Shown here in pieces: positions 24,453 through 35,803 of a stretch of 64,000 nt of DNA. The notes beneath the pieces were generated by a model. It did not search any database, was not told the DNA's origin, and saw only the letters and a program-made list of their open reading frames with translations. Source of the stretch: Vitrella brassicaformis CCMP3155 (taxonomy: Eukaryota > Protista > Chromerida); NCBI GenBank assembly GCA_001179505.1, contig CDMY01000347.1, positions 62,001-126,000 on the forward strand, given 5' to 3'. Within the stretch, counting starts at the first letter, position 1; every line of letters begins with the position of its first letter. The position numbers and the translations under genes are program-made.

Positions 24453-27400
24453 ATGGCACCCGACATGCGAGAGGGGATGGGTGGTGTGGGTGTCGGTGTG
24501 GGTGACGTATGCGGGTTTGGGTTCGAGGGCGTGGAGAAGCGGTATGTGCTCCGGCTGAATGAGGGCGTGTTCGCTCATCTGGATGTGGGCAGCCTGCGAG
24601 AGGTGGAGGATCACCAGTGGCAGGGGGTGCTCGACAAGGCCGGTGAGTGCTCAGACTCAGACTCAGACAGCCCGCTTCTGGTGCCCTGCCCATGTGCAAA
24701 TGCGTGTTGTTCTGTCGTTTCCTTCTTCTTTTCTCCGTGTGTGTCGCGTGGCGTGTCTGCCTGCCTGCCTGCCTGCAGTGTGTCACATATTGTCCAAGAT
24801 CAAGTCGGTGCCTGCCGTCGGCCCCCCCGACAAACAGGCGGTGGACGCCCTCGCCAAAGTGACCAGCAAGAAGAAACGAAAAACCAAGAGAAGAAAGACC
24901 AAAGTCAGTATGAGAGAGATGACAGACACAAACATCCACTCGTTCGCTCACCCAATGCGTTGCATCCCGTGTGCATCTCTGCACTCGCAGGGGAAGCGTG
25001 CGAGTGCTGTGGTGGTGCGGTCGGACGAAAGCAATGGGTCGCCCCTGAGAGGGTGTGTCGGTGCCGCTGGTGTTGGTGGCGGCGATGGGAGCGTCACTGC
25101 GTATCTGCTGTCGGAGAGCTCCCTCTTCGTCTATGACGACACCATCGTCCTCAAGACCTGCGGGTATGTTGGTACCAACACACTGCTCTCATCCAGTCCA
25201 GCACTCACTCGCCCGCCCCGACATGCACTGCACTCGTGTGTGTCTGTCTGTCTGTCTGTCTGTGTGTCTGCAGGACTACGACTCCCCTGTTGTGCACGGA
25301 CGCGTTGCTCCACCTGCTTCTCCCCGACCACATCCTCTCTCGCATCGCCAGCCACCACTTGGGGGACAGCTGCAGGTCGTCGGAGTGTGAGTGGCCCTCG
25401 ATCGCTCTGTCGAGTGTGGTGGACTACGCCCTGTTCACGCACCTCAACTATCGCCAGCCACAGCTGCAGACCTACCCACACAGGACATTCAATGAAGAGG
25501 TCCGTCCGTGAGCATGAGCCGCGGCTGGAGGAGGGAGAGGGGGTGTGGTGGGACGGTTGTGTGTGTGTGTGTGTGTATGTGTGTCAGGTGAGTTTCCTGA
25601 AGAGGTATTTCCCCAGTGGCGAGGCCTTCGAGCTGCAGACGGCCCCCGATTCCACCTTCTCAATATTCCTCTACCAAAGCCCCATCAGCAGCAACCAGCA
25701 GCGCCAGGACCAGCCCCCGGCAATCGCCCACCCCTCCCTCCCATCCCCCCACACCACCACGGCGATCCTCTCTTCACCCAACGGCCGCAGGCACCACTCC
25801 CAGCCGCACCAGCAGACGCAGAAGCGGCGCAACATGCCCCCCCTGTCGGCAGTGCAGGCAGGATCTGCGCCTGACGGGAGCCATCGACCTAGGGGAGGGC
25901 AGCGGGAGCAGGTGGTCACTCTGACCGAGTGGCTGCTCATCGGCATCGACCCCAAATCGGTGGAGAGGTTCGCCGGCAGGGGCGAGTATGAGCACGGTGA
26001 TGGTGGGGAGGGCGGGGAGGGCGGTGGGAGGGGGCTGCATTTTTGCGGCGCGCTGCGGGACCTCCTGCCCTCTGGTGCAGAGGTCGACCAGTACTGGTTC
26101 GCGCCTCAGGGTTACTCCTGCAACGCCCTTGCCGGCCCCTTCTTCCTGAATGCCCACATCTCGCCCGAGCCGGAGACGTCCTACGCGTCGGTGGAGGTCA
26201 ACTTCCCTTTTGGCATCGATCATGGCATGTCGTGCGAGGCCATCCAGAGGGTGGTGGTGGAGTGCTTCAGGCCGAGGGAGGTGCACCTGGTGCACATACG
26301 CCCTACTGAGGTGAGTGTGTGTGTGGGTGAGGTGACATGAACACGGCACCGGCACACGCATCGGCCAGTGTGTGGTTTGTTTGTGTCAGGATGGGTTTGT
26401 GGTGCCTGCTCCCTCTCCCCTGCACCAACCGTGTGGCGGCGACTCGTCATCTCACCACGTGTCGGCAGTGCCCTATTCCAAGGTGCGTCAGGTGGAGGCT
26501 TCGGGCAGCAGCTACCGCGTCGTGCACAGCCACTACTCCCTGCAAGAGTGAGTGACCAGCATCCGCAGTGCGTTCCCCTCCCCTCCTTGATGTAACTCTC
26601 TGTCTGTCTGTCTGTCTGTCTGTCTGTGTGCTCATGGGTGTGCAGGCGGCATTCAGTGAAGCAGGCAGGCGGCCCACTGCCGCCCCTGTCTTCGCTGCTG
26701 CCCCCTTCACCTCTCCAGCTCCCCTCCCCAATGCGGTCCCCGCCCCTCCCCTCCCTCACAGACAGCAACAACTCAGACAACGACTCGTCCGGACGGTCGT
26801 CGTCATGCACCAACACCTCCGCCACGCCATCGTTCATCCTCAATGTCGACGGACTGGACGAGAGCATCAGCAGCGATGGCGACGGTTCGGTGTCTGGAGG
26901 TGGTGGTGGGTCTGAAGCGCTGGAGGATCTGCTTGAGCGGCTGAAGGTCGAGGTGGGCATGGCGTGTGTGGATGGTGCCGGTGGTGGCGGTGGCGGTGAT
27001 GGTGAGGTGGGGGTGGTGCGTGAGCTGGTGGATCAGAAAAGGGTCGACGGGCCGTTTGTTGTCGTGGACATCCAGAGGGTGAGTGAGATAACTCACGACA
27101 CATACAGAGGGAGAATAGACGGGCAATGAGGTCTGCGCTGTATTGGCGTACAGGTGATCGATCAGTATCGTCAGTGGCAGCGGCTGCTCCCCAAGATCAC
27201 ACCTTACTACGCCGTAAGCAACCGCCCCACACACACGAGAGACCACACACAGACGAATCCATCCAGGGTGGTCTCTGCAATGATCTGATCCATCAGGTCA
27301 AGTGCAATCCTGACCCCGTGTTGGTGCGGGTGCTGGCCGCCCTCGGCGCACGATTCGACTGCGCCTCACAAAACGAAATCCGACAGGTACAAAGCCCCTG

Positions 27401-28741
27401 TCTGTTGCCGTCCGTTTGTGTGTTCGCATCCATTCCATGACTTGTCTGCGTGTGGATGCAACGGATGCAACGGCTGCAGGTGCTGGACCTGGGTGCGCAG
27501 GGCAGCGACATAGTGTACGCCAACCCCTGCAAACAGGTCTCCGGCCTGGCTTATGCGCGCCAGCACAACGTGCAGCTCATGACTTTCGACAACCAGGACG
27601 AGCTGCACAAAATCGCCGTAAGTTAGCAGACACGGAGACACAAAAGCCGGAGACTCCAGCATTTCAGACGAAGAATGGATGTGTCTTCCTTCCGCCCTGC
27701 CCCTCTGCTGCTGCAGGCCCACCACCCGTCATCCAGCCTCCTGCTGCGCATCCAGACCGACGACACCCACGCCGTCTGCCCAATGTCGTGCAAATTCGGC
27801 GCCCCGGAGCAATCGTGGCGGGTCCTGCTGCAGTGCGCCAAAGCCCTCAACCTCTCGGTCGTGGGCGTGTGCTTTCACGTGGGATCGGGCTGCAAGCAGA
27901 AGGGGGCCTTCTCGCGGGCGCTGCGCGATGCGAGGCGGCTGTTCGATTTGGGCGTGGGGGCGGGCTTCGACATGCGGGTGCTCGACATTGGCGGCGGGTT
28001 CCCGTGTGAGGTGGAGGATGGCGGGGTGTGTGAGGGGGTGGTCACCTTCCCTGAGATGGCGAGAGAGATCACCGACACGCTTGACGAGCTGTTCGACAAA
28101 GATGTAAGGACGGGGAGGATCCACACACCGACGCACGTGTGGGGGGGGAAGGTATGTGTGTCTCCATACGTGTCCATCAGGTGCAAGTGATAGCCGAGCC
28201 AGGGCGGTACTTTGCCGGTGCCTGCCACACACTCGCCGTGCGGGTGTTTGCGAGGAGGGCGCCGACTGAGACCACCGCAGATGAGGGGCGGTACCTCTAC
28301 TACGTCAACGACGGCCTCTACGGCTCCTTCAACTGCCTCCTGTACGACCACGCAACCGTCACACCAGAGCTGCTCAGGTACAGCCATGGGCACACACACA
28401 CAGACGCGACATGGAGCCATCCATCTGTGTGTGCGGAATCTGTGTGTGTCAGGGAGCATGATGGGGGCCCCGTGTATCGGTCCACCGTCTTCGGGCCGAC
28501 GTGTGACGGCTTCGATGTCATTCTCAAAGACGTCATGCTGCCCATCATCGAGGTGAGTGAGGCACAGGCAGACAGAGCGCCGGCGGAGAGCGGGATGAGG
28601 TGCTTTGGATGTTTTGTGTGAGTGCAGATGGACGAGTGGCTGGTGTTCCGCAACATGGGTGCCTACACGACGGCGGCGTGCTCCACATTCAACGGATTCA
28701 GCAAACCCAAACCGTTCTACTGCAGAGTGGCGCGAGAGTGA
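24453..28741 (+). CDS. Bifunctional S-adenosylmethionine decarboxylase / ornithine decarboxylase (AdoMetDC-ODC fusion)
   Basis: AdoMetDC motifs: FEGVEKR, YLLSE|SSLF (autocleavage 25114-25119), KTCGTT, YPHRTFNEEV, FAPQGYSCN, HISPEPETSYASVE. ODC motifs: YYA-VKCN (PLP Lys), FDCAS, YANPCK, TFDN, KFGA, FHVGSG, LDIGGGF, AEPGRYF, NDGLYGSFN, GPTCDG, NMGAYT. Hinge exons splice in frame (26310/26390 phase 0, about 26547/26646 phase 2, 27078/27154 phase 0) with no stop. Confidence 0.9.
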
Positions 28742-30535
28742 TTTCGGGGTGCATGTCTGTCTTGCGTGTATGTGTCTTGCGTGTGTGTATGTGTGCGTGC
28801 GTGTGTGATTGTACCTGTGCTCATGACCATGACCATGGCATATGCCCTGCCACTGAGTGGGGGCCCACATTTTCCTAGCTACCTTCCTGACGGCACTTTC
28901 GCTGCTGTTCGTGTGTGTGTGTTGTTTGTCGTGAAGAAGAGTCGCCGACGGCGATCAACCAACATGACGGGAGGGGGGCGTATCGCAACGTATGGCATCG
29001 CAGCGTATCGTATCGATCTTCCTTCTCCGTGTTGTGCGGCACATCCGTGAAGTGTCGTGCCCCTTGTCTACGTCTCCTCGGGAATGTGTCTCGACATGCA
29101 CTCACTGGTGTCTTGTCGGGAAACATCCCCAAGGGCGAGAGGGAAGGGGGCACGACACACACGCTGGCTGGCCGTGATGGAAGCATGCAGGGCAGGATGC
29201 ATGCGTATGCAGCAAAGATGCATGCCATGCTGGATGATTCGTTCATTCTTGACCTAGCGGCGACGTGTGGACGAAATGTGAGCTCCCTCCTTCAACAGTC
29301 ACCTCTCAACACATTGGGTCTGACCTGCGACAATGGTGAGATCTCGTGCGTTTAGGGCGAGCTGGAGTGGCAGGGCACTGACTGACATGCGTCACACAGC
29401 CAAAAGACTGACTCTGCTTGCCTTGATCGACTCTCGCGTTTCCTGTGGCGAGGTAGGTGTGAAGAACTCCTCCGTGACGTTTGTCTCCTGTTTTTTCGTG
29501 CGAATTAGGGGACACTCGTGACGGCTGGCGGGCTCATCCCTGCCTGGCCTCGGAAACGAAACAGCAGATTCCTTGCCCTGACTGACTTACTCAGCTAGGT
29601 TCCTCTCTGTCTGCTTGCTCAATCAAGAAATGCGTTGACGTTTGTTTCTCGTCCTGCCTGCCTTGGATGGATGAGGCCTGCGTGTCATGTTTGTACAGCG
29701 TGTATGTGTGTGTGGTGCATTGCTATGCTATCAACTGTATGCCTGTCTGTCTGTCTGTCTGTACAGAGCGATTACTGCATTCTTTCGTCCGTGTGTCATG
29801 TTCCTCAAAGGCGCCGTCAGCCAGCCAGCCAGCCAGTCAGTCCGTCATGCCCGTCCCGCCCATCCTGTTTGCCTGCGTGTAGGTGCCGAGCAGCGAGGAT
29901 TGCCGCTCGCTGACCACTCGGCACGTACGTATCGCAAACAAGGAAGGCGTGGCACACGTCACATGCAGCCCATGCCGATGGAGGGGTCGGTCGATTTTTC
30001 AAGGAAGGAAAGTGACAATGAATAGAGGGGCCGTGTTGAAGGATGCGTAAGGACGTAGGTAAGCTGCCTGCCTAGCTCATGAGCACACGATTTTGGCGAT
30101 AGAGAGGCATCCATCCCCATCCCACGGGATGGGATGATGGCTGGCCTCCAGGCAGTTTTGTGTGTGCTCTTCCATCGCTTCGTACGACGTACACGAATGC
30201 ATCGTCCATCTCATCCGTCGCTGTGTCGTCCATGCTGTCTCTTCCGTGGTGGTTTTAAGCCTCTCTCTCTCTCTCTCTCTCTGTGAGTGTGCCTGTCCTG
30301 GCTGGCGTTTTCGATGGGGCGGCCGGCGATCCTTGAACAAGACACCGCCGCCTGGCTGGCCGACTGATTATGCATGGCATGCTGTGTGATGCGTGTGTGC
30401 GTGTGCGTGTGAGTGTGGTGCTAAATTAATTGACTCAGTCAGCGAGAGACTCTGCGTGACGGGCGTGGCGTGTTGAGGTGAATATGAACATGAAGGCACT
30501 TACTGGTGTCGTCCACAGAACCGAATCGCGGCTAT

Positions 30536-31383
30536 CTATCCTTCGCTATCTCCTCCCGCCCTCACTCGTCTGAAGACCTGCCTGATGTGCCCGTCCTTGC
30601 TGGGCCCCCGCACCGTCCACAGACACTCAAACTCATCATCACTCACAAACCTCATCTGCACACAGTACACGTCATCCACACACACATGCTCAGTGCACCT
30701 GACCTGCCCACCCTGCCCCTCATCCCCGCCATCGCCCCTCTCTATCGAATGAAAGTGCCGCAGACACCCGCACACCGCCCCCTCATCTCCCTTGCCAACG
30801 GCAGCCAGCAGCTTTGCGAGGTCGTAATCGGAGTCGACAAAGTACACGTCCGTCTTAATCTGTTTGCGGCAGTCGTAGACATACCGGCGATAAGCCGCGA
30901 ACGACCCGCCGCTGTCCTCCAGTGTCAGTGTGCCCTCTTCGGTGTAGAGCAGGATGGGCAGCGGAGTGTGAGCATTGTCACCATCACCGTGCCACCCATC
31001 GAGAAGGGATGTGATGGGTCTGAAGTGGACGGTGCCGTCCATGGTGCCCCTCCCGCCACCCAGTCGGTAGTCGATGGCCTTGGATGTCCGCCACTCGCCC
31101 TTCAGATAGTCGTACATGTTGGCTGCCGGTGACGTAGGACTCTCAACAGAGGCCCTTGGCTGCATCGTCGACCCCTGGACCACAGACGAGCACCTCACCT
31201 GCATGAATGCATTAGGACAGAAGGAAGGTGAATGAACAGAAAGCACCGATGGCATGAGTTGCAACGCACCTGCATGATCTTAGACGGCGATGGCATGAAC
31301 GCAGATGTGATGGATTGCGCATGGCACGTCCCGACAAGCCTGAGAGGCCGTAGATGAGTGGGCAGCGTCCTCAGCGGCTTCAC
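30536..31383 (-). CDS. DUF6314-like (MoaF/lipocalin-like beta-barrel) protein, possible mitochondrial presequence
   Basis: Two exons (31270-31383, 30536-31198): YLKGEWRTSKAIDY, LYTEEGTL, YRRYVY, VYF, HFH, HVCVDDVY, WTVRGPSKDGHIRQVFRR; Arg/Leu-rich, acid-free N-terminus. Confidence 0.7.
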
Positions 31384-31665
31384 TGCTGGAGCGATGAGCA
31401 GAGCACAGACACACGAGAGGCGGGAGATGATGAATGGCGGCGCCAGATCTGTTGCTTGGCACGTTGGAACAAACGAGAAGGGCCCCCGGCGCCTCCTGTC
31501 TGGCGAGCGGTTTCACGGGCCCGCGCGAGCTTTCCGAGATTTTCCTTCCTTCCGCGTTGCGTGCCTTGCGTGAGGCTCATTCGGCAGAGATTGATCCTTC
31601 TGACCACGGTGTGTGTTCAGCACACAGCAACTTCAACGTTTTCTGTCGCTTCTCGCGTGGTGACG

Positions 31666-33716
31666 ATGTTCGAGCTCTTCTCAGAGTGGGAGGACGCCGA
31701 TGCGCTGATCAGGTGGGTCGAGTCAGAATCCTGTGCAGCGGGAGGCGATTATCGTGTATGTTGGCTTGGTTTGGGGTGTGTGTTGGCCGGCCCATCAGGG
31801 AGTTCCGTTCGTCGTTCGACAGTCTTCAGGAGAGGCTTCTCGATGCCAAGACCACCATCGAGAAGACCCTGGCTGATGACATCCAGGGGATGTTAGCGGC
31901 CAAGGGCGCCGTTTGCCGCCCGGCTGAAGCCACGGGCGAGATCCTCGTGAATGCCGGTGAGCAACCAACGAACGAATGGACGGACGAACGGATGCTGAGT
32001 GATTCACTGACTGCATTGGCCTGTTGTTTGTCTGCTGTGTGTGTAGGGGGCGTCGTGTATCCCGTGAGTCGCTGCGCCCTCCAGCTGCCCCTCATGAAGC
32101 GAAGGTATATCTCGGTGTTGCTGCTCTACTGCACCGAGGGCATGCCCAGAGACCCCGACGGCCGCGTGTACCTCGAGGTGTCACCGGCCTGGTTTGAGAC
32201 TTTTCTTGACGAGCTGACTCTCTTCAACACGGGCCGCACTGACAGAGTGGCGCTGCCCCACTCCAAGGAGAAAGATCCCGCATACGCCGAGTACCACGAC
32301 CTTTTCATGCGAGAGGTCGGCCGCGTCCCCTCAGCTCACCCCGAGCACGGCCGTGCAGCCGCAGCTGCTGCAGCAAGCGCCGAGCCTCGCGGCAAGTCAC
32401 GCAGCGACGGTGCTATCCTGGACGGCATTCACGACTCTGTCGACGACCTCGCCAATGCCATGAAGAGGGTCATGAAGCGAAAGGAGGAGCTGAGCACCTT
32501 CCTGGCGGCGATGGATCCCTTCCTGAAGGACAATACCGAGGATGGCAGTGTGCTGCTGACGCTGGAGGTTCTCGGACGCACATGCACGATCCTCAAGAGA
32601 ACTCTGCGTCGTCTCGGGGCGAACCACACTCTGCTGATGCGATTCTCCGAGTAGGCGCGCACATGAGGCAGGGGGGAACGGAGATCACACAGACAGATAA
32701 CTGCGAGGCTCTCTTGTGTTGTCTTTTGTGGTGTGTTTGCAGTACTCCTCCCTGCTGGGGTGATCGGCGTGTCCGCGCGACGCCTGGGCGTCACTTCATC
32801 CACGTGGTTGAGTTCGCAAGGCGCATCGCTGTCCTGCCCAAGGGTCAGTACATCCGCCCCCCGATGATGGACCAGGCAGAGCTGGAGCTGTTTAGGGAGG
32901 ATCTGGCCATGGTGATGCACTGGGAGGGACAGGAGGGAGAGACACAGACAATATCGCCCTTCCTCTTCCTATCCATGGGTGCAGTACAATCTTTCCTACT
33001 CTCCCGTCCTCGACCTGCCCGCCGGTGATACGACCATTATCAAGTCGGCGGAGGAGTGGGGAAAGGTGCTCGAGATGATCGGCAAGCCGCGATGCAGACC
33101 GACCCTGCTGTACAAGTCGTCGCGTCATGGTGTCAAGTTCTCGACGATGTTTGGGAGGGTGACTTGGTACAGCGGCGTGTTGTTCCTCTTCCAACACAAG
33201 GAGACCCATCGATTCGGCTGCTTCGTCGACGGCTGTTTGAATTTTTTAACTTGGTCTTCATGTGACCACGAGGACCAGCGCTCATCGCTCAGGCAGTTTT
33301 TCATCTCACTGAGCGGCACCTACCCTGCCGCCACCAAGGTGCCGCTGCGCCGAGACAGACATGGGATGTGTGTCAACGTCAAGGGGTATACCAAGACCGC
33401 CGGACGTGAGTGCAGCATGGTGCTCGCAGGCGGCTACCTCTTGGTCGCTGTCGACCCTGTCTGGTCCTCTAAAGATGGCGTTTTGCGCTGCTACAACTGC
33501 TTTGACGACGGTGTGTTGCCCTTGGGCCAGCTCGGCGACAACACCGACACTCTGGCGGGGGAGAAGGACTTCACAGCCGATGAGGTGGAGGCATGGTGGA
33601 TGGAGCCGATCGGCATCGATTGGCAGGCCCAGGGGGCAAGATACAACCGGCGGGCTGCTGGGAGACGCAACTTCTCCCTTGGCCGCCTCTGTGGTGGCGC
33701 CTGGGCAGATGAGTAG
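31666..33716 (+). CDS. BTB/POZ (KCTD-like) plus TLDc domain protein
   Basis: The likely start MFELFSEW (31666) splices in phase 2 to REFRSSFD. BTB-like LVNAGGVVY..DGRVYLEVSPAWF; TLDc LLYKSSRHG..F..RV, HRFGCF, FFISLSG, LAGEKDFTADEVEAW. The ORF-track start 31434 does not splice in frame. Confidence 0.75.
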
Positions 33717-34282
33717 AATGGGCAGACACGCAGACGGGAACACACATGTGGATGGAGAGGGGCATGACGGGAGCGCCGAAAGGCGTGTGCTTTGTTTATG
33801 TTGTTTATCAAGTGACTGTGTCGTGTATGTGTGTCTCTGATGAGTGTTTCGTTCGTTTTTACGTCACCTTTTGTCGTCACTCCCTCCTGTAGTAGTAGCG
33901 ACGGTGCTTTACTGTACTGGTAGTGTGTGTGATATGTCCTGTTGTGACGTGTCTGATTTGTTTGCGCCATTGTGCCAGTGTGTTACAGGGGAACTGTCGG
34001 TGGAAAGTCATGCAGATGAGTACTAGTGATGCGTAGATTCACTCACTCACTAATTCATGACCGTGTGGACTGATTTGTGTGTCTATGGACCATGTGTGTC
34101 TCTGCAGCATACAAGTCAAGCCACTAATAGACACGCAACCCGCCCATGTCCCATTATCGCCGTGCCGCACCCCTCTCCTTCTGCCCCATTGCGGCTCGTC
34201 GCTCCCACAACCGTAGGCTGCTGAGCGCTCAGTGTGATGGGCCTGACGGCTTCCGCTGCTGCCTCCCTCCCTATCAGCTTCC

Positions 34283-35722
34283 CTAGCCGGGCCCACTAAC
34301 CACCACTCTGTCGGGCCTCCGCCGCTTGACCTTCCGCAGCATCTCGAGGAGCTGCAAACTGTCCAACGTGTCGGTCGACCCTGTGTCGCTCTCGCCCCCA
34401 TCTTGGTCATCATCGCCACCAGCTGCTGCAGCTGCTGCTCTGCTGTCTCGTTTGGTGGCTGCACGGGGGGCCACTCGGTCGTCAGCGGCAGGGGCGGCCG
34501 CCTCAGCCGCACTCGTTGCTAAGCCCTCACCTGAGCCGCCTCCCTGTCGGTGGTCCGCACTAAAAGGACAGGTGAGTAGTGCAGAGAAGCGCAAGTGGAG
34601 TCTTGTTGGTTTACCTGCCCTGCCGCTGCTGCTGCTGGGTGGGAGCGAGGGCGAGAGGCGCGTGCATGCCCGAGAACATCCCAGCGTAGGGGTTTGGCGC
34701 CTCACACGCCCGCACCAATATGCCGTAGGGGATGTTGCCACCAGGTACATTGGACGTCCACTCCTCTGTCACTCGGCCCTGCACGTGTGAGGGAACAACA
34801 CGCGCCAATACGCACACACATATAGGGGAGAAGCAGGCGGGACACGGATGCGATATTCGACTGACCTGCAGGCCTCTCGCAGTGACAGTTCCCCCCTGCC
34901 GTCATGGCAGACGAAGGTATGTGGGTCTATCAGCAGCTGAAACACGGCCTTATACGGGCACCCATCCATCTGCACATAAACACACTCACAGGGACAGAGA
35001 TACTACAAGAGATGGCCCCGCTTGTATGTACTCTCTCATCTCACCACGAAGCGCTCAGCAAAACCTGTTTCGGAGCCCTCAACCAACGGCGAACAGAACG
35101 AGTACCCCGTGTGACCCATGGCCATCCAGCCCCTCTCCCACACGTCAGCGAGTGACGCGCGCCACTTTGGTGCCCGAATGGACCTGTCCTCAACGATCTT
35201 CTTGTAGGTGCCAATCCGCGTCCCGTGGTATGCCGGCACGTAGCTGCCGAACCTCCTTCGCTCGTCATCAGTGAGCTTGATGGCGCGTCGATACCAGCCA
35301 AGGGGAGGGATGTAAGGGACTGGTGGGTCGCCCCTGAGGATACCAACAATACAGAGAGCAAGTCTTCTTCGGGCGGCTCCCTCGTGTGTGTGGCTGGTGT
35401 TCCTGTGCTCTACCTTGTGTACGGTTGGGTCGGCGGACTGTAGCACTTGAGGCAGAAACACTTGTCATGCCTGATGTGATGGAGGGACAAACACATTGCA
35501 GACACAACCGTGCTGAAGAGGTGCAGCGATGGCCCACCCTCTGGCCGTCATCTGCTGACCGCGAGTCGAGTAGATGGGATGGGATATCGAGGAAACGCAT
35601 CACCTATCAAGACAGAAACCACACACAGCAGGCATGCAGATCAGAGAGAAGGCTGTGCGCTTTGCGTTCACCTTCTCGCTTTCCTCCTTCATGCGGCACG
35701 GGCTGTCTTCCCTGCGACTCAT
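34283..35722 (-). CDS. Stand-alone NEURL4-type ADP-ribosyltransferase-fold protein (one frame discrepancy)
   Basis: FLDIPSHLL, CFCLKC..RGDPPVPYIPPLGWYRRAI, AYHGT, FCSP, YKAVFQ, EW..YGILVR match the NEURL4 C-terminal ART-like domain. The junction near 34866/34779 is out of phase by one base unless the C6 run at 34891-34896 is C7. Confidence 0.6.
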
Positions 35723-35803
35723 GCTGATGCTTCTATCACTCGAGCCTCAGGTGGCCTCAGCACAAACCAATTGGAAGTCAGGTGCACGAAGGAGCAGAGC
35801 CGG

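Noticed and set aside
30506-31132. 208-aa plus ORF opposite the DUF6314-like gene
   Set aside because: Antisense shadow; no motifs.
31434-31712. ORF-track start MAAPDLL for the BTB-TLDc gene
   Set aside because: That frame meets the first intron in phase 0 and hits a stop after splicing; the 31666 frame splices correctly.
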